Part shown: positions 17,895 through 26,344 of the stretch, piece after piece
Position numbering within the stretch: position 1 is the stretch's first letter
Layout of the letters: every line of letters starts with the position of its first letter
The notes under the pieces: model-generated
Seen by the model: the letters and a program-made list of their open reading frames with translations, nothing else
What the model was told of the DNA's origin: nothing
The model's database searches: none
IMG/VR virus record: IMGVR_UViG_3300044557_000107
Location: 32,001 to 96,000 of that record
DNA from: a virus
Taxonomy: Duplodnaviria; Caudoviricetes
Length of the DNA stretch: 64,000 nt
Reading direction: 5' to 3' (one strand)
Translations under genes and position numbers: made by a program

Positions 17895-19787
17895 TCACTT
17901 GACTGTGGAATTACCATCAATGTCTTTAGACACCGTAATAATATTATCAAAGGAACTTTTAAGTGCATCGTTATGTGACACCACAAAAACAGAGTCTAAG
18001 GTAGCATAGTTAGTATGTAGCATCTCCATTACATATTCCATGCCAATGCTATCAAGCCCATCAAAACATTCGTCATAAATAGCAATATTGAAATTAGACT
18101 GGCTTTGTTTAGCAATTAAATCTCGTATTGCAAAACTAATCGCAAGATCTACGCGTTTCCGCTCTCCTGTAGACGCGTTCTTGTACATTAGATTTTCACC
18201 TTTCATATCAAAAAGTGATATATCAAATTTTTCTTTGATGTCCCCTGATTTATTAGTACTCTGAGTTGATAAATGCATAGTCATAGTTTCACCAGTTAGC
18301 TGAGACAAATACTTATTTGCCTGAGCATCCAGAAACGGAGTAATAGCCTGCAAAACATATGATCGAATACCCGAATTTGAAAATATCTTTTTAGCAACTA
18401 ACCCATATTCTTCGATATCCTTATCAAGTTCCTTATGATCTTTAACCATTTTGCTTAAAGATTCTTGATATTTCTTAATTTCATCTTCCCAGTTTACTAG
18501 TGAATTTAACTGAACTAGTAAGTTATCATGCTTACGTTGTTCGTCTTCAACTTGACGCTCTCTGTTTTGCAAGTCATTGTTTAACTGTTGAACGCGCTTA
18601 ATAGACTCCTGAATATTACTATTAAGTTCTCCATATCCGGATAAACTATCCTTTACTTTATTGAATTTAAATTCAAGATCTTTCTTTTTATCTTCCAAGG
18701 GACCTAAACTATTTACTTTATCTAAATAATCCTTTTTAATTTGAACTCCTTGCTGAGTTATTCTGTCAATTTCTTGTTTGCGATGTGCTTCGTCTAGGAT
18801 TGCTCCACACCATGGACAAGTTTTTTGATAAGAACTTTCAGAATACTGATTTCGGAGTTCTACCAACTTACTCTGTAAATCTGAAACTTGGTAATTAATT
18901 TGTGAAATATCATTAGATACCTTACTAATATCAGAGCTAATATCTTGATAATCTTGTTGATACTGCTTATAACTATCAATACTTCTTTGCCATACTACTT
19001 GCTGAGCATTTTCCTCGGCTATTTGTCTACTATAGTCAACCTTAAAATTAGAAAGACTCTTGTTTAATAATTCTTTATTACTCAGGGATTCTTGCAACTT
19101 TTGATTTATTTCTTTCGACTTATCCTCAGTTTCCTGTTGCTTATCAGAAAGTTGTTCAATAGTGTGCGTACTACTATTTATTTTTGCTTGAAGCACTTGT
19201 GACTTTGTATCTAATTCTTTATATTTATTTAATGCAATTTCGTGAGCTTTATCATAGATAGACAGTTTAGCGATATTCTCTAAAATATCCTTTTTTTGGC
19301 TATCTGAAGCATCTGCAAATAAGGGAACCGTATCTGATTTTCCTACATGAATTCCTGTTATATATGTTTCATAGTCTGTGCCAATTACTTGCTGAATATG
19401 CTGATCGGTCTTAGCTGTAGTGGCTTCTGTAATTTCTTCACCATTAGCATACAATAATACTCGATTATGATTAGTTTTGTCCTTACGATAACGTTCAATC
19501 CTATACTTGGTATTACTTTCAGTATCTACAAAATCAAGTTTTACATAAGTTCCTTTAGCAAAATTTCGATTAATAATATCATCAGACTTAAGACCATTAA
19601 TCGTTTTCCCATATAGTGCATACGTGATGGAACCAATTAATGAAGACTTGCCACTTCCGTTACTATCTAGGCCTTCAGCCAAACTATTTTCACCGGTAAT
19701 TAAAGTAATTCCCTGGTTATCTAATGGCAAAATTGCGTGATGGAACGAAAGAAAATTATTTAATTCTACTTGTGTTAACTTAATCAT
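17895..19787 (-). CDS. sbcC: SbcC/Rad50-like (gp46) ATPase
   Basis: Walker A NGSGKSS, CPWC zinc hook, STGE signature, YDECFDGLD, SH. Confidence 0.92.
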   Translation of the reverse strand: MIKLTQVELNNFLSFHHAILPLDNQGITLITGENSLAEGLDSNGSGKSSLIGSITYALYGKTINGLKSDDIINRNFAKGTYVKLDFVDTESNTKYRIERYRKDKTNHNRVLLYANGEEITEATTAKTDQHIQQVIGTDYETYITGIHVGKSDTVPLFADASDSQKKDILENIAKLSIYDKAHEIALNKYKELDTKSQVLQAKINSSTHTIEQLSDKQQETEDKSKEINQKLQESLSNKELLNKSLSNFKVDYSRQIAEENAQQVVWQRSIDSYKQYQQDYQDISSDISKVSNDISQINYQVSDLQSKLVELRNQYSESSYQKTCPWCGAILDEAHRKQEIDRITQQGVQIKKDYLDKVNSLGPLEDKKKDLEFKFNKVKDSLSGYGELNSNIQESIKRVQQLNNDLQNRERQVEDEQRKHDNLLVQLNSLVNWEDEIKKYQESLSKMVKDHKELDKDIEEYGLVAKKIFSNSGIRSYVLQAITPFLDAQANKYLSQLTGETMTMHLSTQSTNKSGDIKEKFDISLFDMKGENLMYKNASTGERKRVDLAISFAIRDLIAKQSQSNFNIAIYDECFDGLDSIGMEYVMEMLHTNYATLDSVFVVSHNDALKSSFDNIITVSKDIDGNSTVK

Positions 19788-19792
19788 CTGCT

Positions 19793-20845
19793 TTATTCAC
19801 CTCTCATAGCCTGTTCAAGACATTCTAAAGACTTATCAAGTAAACTACTATCAATTGACTTTACATAGTCCCTAACGGTGTCTAAGGGGCTCTCAATACG
19901 ATCCTCGTTAATTTCTAGTTCCTTGTGGTCACTTGTTGACTCTCTAATAAAACGAATATGATTACTTGTAAGGTCATCTAAAGAATCTAAAACGTCCTTA
20001 TCATCCTTAGTACCCGTAAATTTTACATAGTTACCCTCTTTAACCATTTTTTTGACTTCATCAATGTTAGTAGCGGTTAAAAACTGAGGGGCAACAGACT
20101 TTTCGAATGATTGTTTTAAAGTAAGGTTATCTTCATCAATATCTATAATGTCATATCCTTTATCCGAACCAGCGTCACTGAAAGAATTCTCAATTGTAGA
20201 TCCTCCATAAAACATGTTATCTGTTAGCGCTTGACGCATATGATAATGTCCTAAGTATACTAAATCAAATTTATCGGAGTACATATCAGCTATCTTAAAA
20301 GGGCCTTCAATTACTCGATTACCTACGCCTTTAGACCCATCAACGCCTAAATGAGCAATTAGAATATTAACTTTTTCTGTATCAAGTTCATCAGCCCACG
20401 ATCTAATTTGATCTTTCATAAGCTTGTTATTGTTGCTATATGGTAGACAATATAATTTAACCTTACTTGATAAATTAACTACTTGAGGAACTGAAGCTAC
20501 TCTTGAATTATCTAAAGTATCTAACAAATCAATAGATGCTGGGCTACCCATGGTTTCATTAATCGAGTCGTGATTACCTCGTAGAAATACTTTATTAACA
20601 TTAGAATACTTATTTAAAATTCTAAAAGTATTATTAAATGTAACAGTATCAACCTTCGTTCGATCATGAAATAAGTCTCCTCCAAAAATAACTGTTGCAT
20701 TCTCATTATTTGCCTTTTTATAAATAGTTTCTAGAACTTTAAGCTGGTTTTCGAAACGATCGGTTAATTTAGTATGTGGATCAACTGTAGAAAAATCAGT
20801 AAATCCAGAATTCATATGAATATCTGTATATAATATAAGCTTCAA
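19793..20845 (-). CDS. sbcD: SbcD/Mre11-like (gp47) nuclease
   Basis: TDIH, GGDLFH, GNHD and GHYH motifs. Confidence 0.92.
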   Translation of the reverse strand: MKLILYTDIHMNSGFTDFSTVDPHTKLTDRFENQLKVLETIYKKANNENATVIFGGDLFHDRTKVDTVTFNNTFRILNKYSNVNKVFLRGNHDSINETMGSPASIDLLDTLDNSRVASVPQVVNLSSKVKLYCLPYSNNNKLMKDQIRSWADELDTEKVNILIAHLGVDGSKGVGNRVIEGPFKIADMYSDKFDLVYLGHYHMRQALTDNMFYGGSTIENSFSDAGSDKGYDIIDIDEDNLTLKQSFEKSVAPQFLTATNIDEVKKMVKEGNYVKFTGTKDDKDVLDSLDDLTSNHIRFIRESTSDHKELEINEDRIESPLDTVRDYVKSIDSSLLDKSLECLEQAMRGE

Positions 20846-20872
20846 TTTTAAGCCCCCTTCAGTTAACTAAAA

Positions 20873-20903
20873 TAAGGATACCACTAAGGTATCCTTAAAG
20901 CAA
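20873..20903 (-). promoter_or_regulatory. Palindrome overlapping a candidate promoter, upstream of sbcD
   Basis: TAAGGATACC-N5-GGTATCCTTA-TTTT; TTGCTT-17-TATCCT; near copy of 12477-12507. Confidence 0.5.
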
Positions 20904-20904
20904 A

Positions 20905-22419
20905 TTATACTCGTAGATCCTCTGGAATATTATTCCGTAATTCTGATAGTTCTTTCTCCGACTTTTTAAAGGCTTCTGGTTTATGCCCCTTATTCCCAAT
21001 ACTTGATAGCAAATTATCATGATTATCACTTTCATCAGGTGTCTCACATGAAATTCTAACAGTCTTGGTATTAACTTTAAATTTTAACATAGAGTTACGT
21101 TGAGGATCCTCAGTAGATTCCGGACGATTACGACTCTTATCTACATAAATACGCATAAACCCTTTAGAAAACTCTTCACTAGTCTGGTTGAGTGTTCCAC
21201 AAAATTCTACAGAGTTTAATTTCTCTTTAGAACCTTCAATACTTTGAACAGTTTTAATATCCTGAGTATACGCAGTCCGATTAGTTTGAGACACAACCCA
21301 AAGAACTACCTTATACCGATTAGCTACTGCTCGGAGTTCATGGTATAAGCGACCCATAGCTGAATATTCATTAATACCTTTACGCTCAAAAGGATTATTT
21401 AGTAATTCAGGATAGTCAATGACAACCACGTCCGGATATGCCCCATCTCGCCTTAAAGTATCATTCAAGACTCGTTCAATGTCTTTAGGAGTTAATTGAT
21501 AGGGTTCCTTTACCCACAAGCGAACATCTCCTACACGTTTCTCTTCATATGCTTTTTCCATGTACTTATTTAATTGCTTAAACTTTTCTTCGTCTAACTT
21601 AGGTTCTATTTTATTCCCATCATCGTCTTTGTCTTTATAATAGAAATGACGATTTTGGTTACTTAGCAAAGATAACATTTTATTTTCCATACGTGCCATG
21701 CGCTCTTCCAAAACAAAGTATAATACATGCTTCCCGTTAAGCACATAGTTAGTGGCCAAGTTCATTAATAACGTTGTCTTACCAGTTCCAGAAGGTGCCA
21801 CTAGCATACCCATTTCACCATATCCTAGTCCGCCATCGGTAACTTCGTCTAAGTTATCCCATCCTGTAGACAAAGAATTACCATAGGTTTCTTTAGCGTA
21901 CTCAATTCGAAGATCTTCGTCTTCTGGCTTAAACATGCTTAGAGTTTCACCAAGATCATCGTCATTCGTTACATGGGAAATTTCATCTAAGTCTTGAGCT
22001 AGTGATTCCAGGCCCTGTTGACTATTATCATTGTCTAAAATATATCGCTTAATTCGCTTAACAGTTAGCTGGTTATATAACCACTTCGTTGTTTCTTGTT
22101 CAATTAACTTAGTATTACTAAAATTTTCACCATTAGCTACTTGTACGATGTCATTAATATCCTGTACAAAATTCAAGTACAAGTCATCCGTATATTTACG
22201 CCGCTTTTTTAAATCTACGCTAATAGCTATTTTTAGCTCTTCACTGCTAATAGCACTATCATGACTCTGATAATGCTTTGTAATATACTTAGCTAAATCT
22301 AAATACTCTCCATAAATATCTTCTGTTAAAGGAACCTTAGAAAACCCTTTCGTCCCATAAGAAGTGTCAATTAAAGAACGATAAAATATTTGCTTTAATG
22401 TTTCTTCCAAATCATGCAC
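20905..22419 (-). CDS. dnaB: DnaB-like replicative helicase
   Basis: TGWDNLD...GG, APSGTGKTT, LEE, IDY, SQTNR and KSRNR motifs. Confidence 0.9.
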   Translation of the reverse strand: MHDLEETLKQIFYRSLIDTSYGTKGFSKVPLTEDIYGEYLDLAKYITKHYQSHDSAISSEELKIAISVDLKKRRKYTDDLYLNFVQDINDIVQVANGENFSNTKLIEQETTKWLYNQLTVKRIKRYILDNDNSQQGLESLAQDLDEISHVTNDDDLGETLSMFKPEDEDLRIEYAKETYGNSLSTGWDNLDEVTDGGLGYGEMGMLVAPSGTGKTTLLMNLATNYVLNGKHVLYFVLEERMARMENKMLSLLSNQNRHFYYKDKDDDGNKIEPKLDEEKFKQLNKYMEKAYEEKRVGDVRLWVKEPYQLTPKDIERVLNDTLRRDGAYPDVVVIDYPELLNNPFERKGINEYSAMGRLYHELRAVANRYKVVLWVVSQTNRTAYTQDIKTVQSIEGSKEKLNSVEFCGTLNQTSEEFSKGFMRIYVDKSRNRPESTEDPQRNSMLKFKVNTKTVRISCETPDESDNHDNLLSSIGNKGHKPEAFKKSEKELSELRNNIPEDLRV

Positions 22420-23159
22420 CCACTTCTATCTACTGTTAATTTACCTGTGTTTCCAATCTTTTGATAATTATTACATGTCCCAATAAACTTTGCAATAGAT
22501 ATAATTTCACTCCGAGTCTTATTAGATAGCTCCATTAGATCAAACCCATACAAATACTTTAAATATTGACCGATATTGTCTATTGTATAAGACCATAAAT
22601 TTGTAACTTCATGTTCTAATGTTGGAAATTGATTGATTATTTCTAATCCTCTTTCAATAACCGCTAATTGATCTTCACTAATGTAATCATAGTAGTTACT
22701 AATTAAATCTGGCGTAATTTTTTGAAAATCTCTGATACCATAGTATAGCTGGCATAGGCAATTAATTATAATAGATTCCGAACCAATAACTTTATTAAAA
22801 TTATTTAGCTGAGTAGAATTAGCTATCAAATACGACCAGACATTTAAGACCTTACTATCTAATAGTTTATCTAAATCAGGACCGCGGTTACTCTTATATG
22901 GAGTATATAAAGAGTAACAACTAAAGAGCGCATTAAAATATACTCTCGGATCCTTTGCTCCAATAACATAAGAAACCTCTTTGAACTTTTGAGCAACCTT
23001 TATGTTAGAACTAAGTTTAATCTTGTGACCAGTATAAATTATGGAGTACTCCTCAAATAGCCGCATTAAAGAATACCATTCATAATTATGTTTATCTAAT
23101 CTTAAAGAATCATTAGTAGTTAACGATGTATATTTTTTGATGTGCCCTTGATTAGTCAA
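22395..23159 (-). CDS. Hypothetical replication-cluster protein
   Basis: Lies between the two helicases and overlaps both. Confidence 0.55.
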   Translation of the reverse strand: MTNQGHIKKYTSLTTNDSLRLDKHNYEWYSLMRLFEEYSIIYTGHKIKLSSNIKVAQKFKEVSYVIGAKDPRVYFNALFSCYSLYTPYKSNRGPDLDKLLDSKVLNVWSYLIANSTQLNNFNKVIGSESIIINCLCQLYYGIRDFQKITPDLISNYYDYISEDQLAVIERGLEIINQFPTLEHEVTNLWSYTIDNIGQYLKYLYGFDLMELSNKTRSEIISIAKFIGTCNNYQKIGNTGKLTVDRSGCMIWKKH

Positions 23160-25387
23160 TTTGTCACCAGCTCCTTAACAAATACTACAGGGAACTTTTC
23201 AATTCCGTAAACCTCTTGGCGTTCTTTAGAATGCTTTTGAAGATAATCATTATTTCGATCATAGAAGTCAAATATTTTAGCCGTATTATCTCCTTCTTTC
23301 TTACGAAGCGCACGACCAATTCTCTGAACTACCTGTCTAAAGCTTTTCCCTGCTCCTGCTAATACTAGCACATTAAATCCAGATACGTCAAGTCCTTCAT
23401 CAAAGATACTTGTAGCAATAACTACTCGAAGTTTACCATCCCGAACTTGCTGAATATATTCTTTCCGGTACTTAATATCCTGAGTCCCATTTAAAAACTT
23501 ATTAGGGACTTGCTCGTCGTCTAAGTACTTTGAAAGAATTTCACCTTGTTCTGCATAATTAACAATAATCAAGATAATATTATTACCCGCATAAGCTCGC
23601 TTTGTTAAATAAGCAATCATTTTATTACGGTGCTCATTTTGAACAATCCCATACCGGTACGTATCCATCCAGTTTAGCTTAGCACCTTTTTGAGCAACCT
23701 CATCAGGTATATTAAACCCTTGTGTATTATTGATCGTATAAATTGTAGGCTTGGCAAGAATTCCTTCTTTAATTAGGCTTTCCGCATCCTTTTTTGCAAT
23801 GATTTCACCAAAAATAGCTTGAAGTCGCATCCACAATACCGGATCTCGCTGATCAACTGTGGCTGATAATCCAATATGATAGCGAGCATTATTACACTGG
23901 AGCAAGGATGTATACCATGTATCACTCTTGGTATGATGGCACTCATCTGCAAAATAAGCAACAATGGAATCTAGAAACTTATGAACAAATTGTTGCTTTT
24001 TCAGCTTGTCTCCAGCTTTGTCTTTTAAAACATCCAACCATTGGCTACTATACCGCTTAAAAAGATCCTGAACATCCTTATCAGAACCACAAGAATACAA
24101 GTCATCTTCTAAAGACTGCTTGATCCGCTGTTCAATTTTACTTTTAGGACTAAAGAACCTAATAAATGACTTAAATGCAGATAAAGCATTAGGATTGTCT
24201 ACAAACTGGGGTGCATAATTTAGAGCTATCTTTTTAAGTTCGGATTTCTTTCCGGATATTTTTAGTTTTGCCATTGGGTCTATTGCAAGTGCTGAGCTAA
24301 CCGTTGGTAGCATTACAACCATAACTTTAGATAGTTTACGTTTACTACCACCCCAGTACCCTACAGAAAGTCCAAGCCGGGTGCTTAAACGATCAATGGT
24401 TTGCTTATAAATCTCAGTTGAACCAGTAAAGAAAACAATACGTTCATCCTTTTGCAATTCTGGTAATAATTGCTTGATAAGTCCCGCGGCAATTTCCGTG
24501 TTATGATTAATGATACCATTAGCTACAAACGAATGTGTCTCGGGCATGCTTACATCATAAGTAAACTTATGACCAGCTGGGACTTTATTAATCACCTTTT
24601 CATATGCATACTGAGGGAGATCCCTAGCACTAATACCCTTGTAAGTAACTACTAAGTCATCTACCTCGATGTCCTTAGCTTGTACCCATGTTTGACCAGT
24701 GTTTCTACTTACTAGAAGCGGGTGATTTAGAGTAATCTCTTCATGCTTACCAGACTCTAACATGATATTAACAACTTCACGTTCGCCATTTCGAGTGAAC
24801 TGACCAATTTCTTCGAGCTTCCCATAACGGTTAACTAACTTTAGCGGTTTATTTGGCAGTATCGCCTTTGCATATCCGTCTAGTAGAATTCCTTGATCCT
24901 TGAAAATATCTTCAATAGTCTCATATCCATTTTCTGTAAGCAACTCTGTATCACTCGTCACACACTTTCCTGCGGCCGTTGCAAAATTCATAATACCATA
25001 GCCCTTTTCAAGACCGTTGAAGACTGCTCGCCGCTGATATGGCCGCAACGTGATTTCACTATTGGTATCCTGTAGTTTAATATCACTTGGAATATCATTA
25101 CCGTCTACAAATAAATCTGGTCGCTTGTCAAATGATTCAATACTATATCCATGGCTCATTAAAATCTGCTTAACTTTCTTAACAAGTCCTGTTGGAAACT
25201 CTTGCGTTTTAGCATTATAAAAATTAATAGAAGGATCGCCACCATGCTTAAACGCCCAGCTATACTGATAGTCCTTTGGTAATACTGAAAGTTCATCCGT
25301 TAAGATAGTTTCTATTTTCTTTTGAAGGTCCGCTTCAGTATCTTTAAATTTTATTTTAGTATATGAGGAGTCTATATATAACTTCAA
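23156..25387 (-). CDS. SF2 (UvsW-like) DNA helicase containing a mini-intein
   Basis: LRPYQ, split Walker A TAAGK/TE, DECHH, SAT, EGLD and QRIGRALR motifs. Confidence 0.92.
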   Translation of the reverse strand: MKLYIDSSYTKIKFKDTEADLQKKIETILTDELSVLPKDYQYSWAFKHGGDPSINFYNAKTQEFPTGLVKKVKQILMSHGYSIESFDKRPDLFVDGNDIPSDIKLQDTNSEITLRPYQRRAVFNGLEKGYGIMNFATAAGKCVTSDTELLTENGYETIEDIFKDQGILLDGYAKAILPNKPLKLVNRYGKLEEIGQFTRNGEREVVNIMLESGKHEEITLNHPLLVSRNTGQTWVQAKDIEVDDLVVTYKGISARDLPQYAYEKVINKVPAGHKFTYDVSMPETHSFVANGIINHNTEIAAGLIKQLLPELQKDERIVFFTGSTEIYKQTIDRLSTRLGLSVGYWGGSKRKLSKVMVVMLPTVSSALAIDPMAKLKISGKKSELKKIALNYAPQFVDNPNALSAFKSFIRFFSPKSKIEQRIKQSLEDDLYSCGSDKDVQDLFKRYSSQWLDVLKDKAGDKLKKQQFVHKFLDSIVAYFADECHHTKSDTWYTSLLQCNNARYHIGLSATVDQRDPVLWMRLQAIFGEIIAKKDAESLIKEGILAKPTIYTINNTQGFNIPDEVAQKGAKLNWMDTYRYGIVQNEHRNKMIAYLTKRAYAGNNIILIIVNYAEQGEILSKYLDDEQVPNKFLNGTQDIKYRKEYIQQVRDGKLRVVIATSIFDEGLDVSGFNVLVLAGAGKSFRQVVQRIGRALRKKEGDNTAKIFDFYDRNNDYLQKHSKERQEVYGIEKFPVVFVKELVTN
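24500..24964 (-). mobile_element. Mini-intein (155 aa, no homing endonuclease)
   Basis: Starts CVTSDT after GK; block B TLNHP; ends YDVSM..THSFVANGIINHN followed by Thr. Confidence 0.93.
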
Positions 25388-25427
25388 AATTACACCTTCT
25401 AAATTTATTTTTTAAAATCTTTGCTAA

Positions 25428-25460
25428 TTGACTTGTTATTCTGTTCTACTATGATATAAT
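25428..25460 (+). promoter_or_regulatory. Sigma-A-like promoter divergent from the helicase
   Basis: TTGACT-16-TATGAT, with overlapping TG-A-TATAAT. Confidence 0.65.
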
Positions 25461-25464
25461 GATA

Positions 25465-25965
25465 GTACATATTTAAAAGAATAGCAAAAGAGTAATACGT
25501 TTTTGGCATACGTTACAATGTTGGGTCGCACCCACTAGCAAAAGGACTGGTTCATCTCTCGAGTCGCTCTCTGAATTAACCCATGAGAATATAGTAGTAT
25601 TCTTGCAGTCAACAACGGAATACCAATCCATCAGGATGAAAAACCCTGTAAAAGAGCGGGGGTAGCCTGTAGAGACTACCATGGAAACCATGAATTTAGT
25701 TATCATTCCCCAGATTGTAGTCTAGTGGGTTACACGAGTTACCACTTAAATAACAACTCACTACAACTGGTTGCGTGGGCATGGAGAGCATAATGAATGC
25801 CGTAATTCTTGACGATGTAAGCTAATTAATTGCTATTGTTGCAGTTCTTTAGTTAATAATTATTACATCTTAAATTACTTACGGGTGTTATCTGAGATAC
25901 TATCTTAAGAGACATATTAGCCTGCACTAGGTTAAGTGTCTTTTGAGATACTACAAGCACTAAAA
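25465..25965 (+). ncRNA. Putative large structured non-coding RNA (may extend to the terminator at 26124)
   Basis: Many nested helices and a 9-bp pseudoknot; G-U pairs favour the + strand; no credible ORF. Confidence 0.55.
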
Positions 25966-26092
25966 TAAAGGTTCTTAAGGTGATTATAGTCCATAAAATA
26001 TCCTAATAGTTCCTTTAAGGTACTAAAGTATCTAATATTGACAATTATAGTTTGCTTAAAAGTACATAATATTTATTCATAGAAATGAATAT

Positions 26093-26124
26093 AAAAGAGG
26101 ACTCTAATATAGAAGTCCTCTTTT
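26093..26124. terminator. Bidirectional terminator
   Basis: AAAAGAGGACT-loop-AGTCCTCTTTT. Confidence 0.8.
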
Positions 26125-26127
26125 ACT

Positions 26128-26331
26128 TTAATTGATATTATTAAGTTGGTCCTTAAGGTCTTGCTTAAGTTTCTTAACTTCTTCTAGTTCTTTATGAAGT
26201 TCTTGAGACTCTTTAATAATAGTATGCTTAGCTTTCCAAAGATCTTGGTCATGCTTTGTTGGAACATGGATAAAGGCAATTGCTCTTCCATGCTTATTAT
26301 ACTGTTTCTCCTGATATCCCATACATACCAC
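26128..26331 (-). CDS. Small conserved tail-module protein
   Basis: Follows the adsorption protein; coiled-coil C-terminus; start uncertain. Confidence 0.6.
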   Translation of the reverse strand: MVCMGYQEKQYNKHGRAIAFIHVPTKHDQDLWKAKHTIIKESQELHKELEEVKKLKQDLKDQLNNIN

Positions 26332-26344
26332 ACTCCGTGTTACT

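Noticed and set aside
25473-25706. 77-aa minus-strand ORF in the large intergenic region
   Set aside because: No convincing RBS or protein motif; the region is better explained by + strand RNA structure
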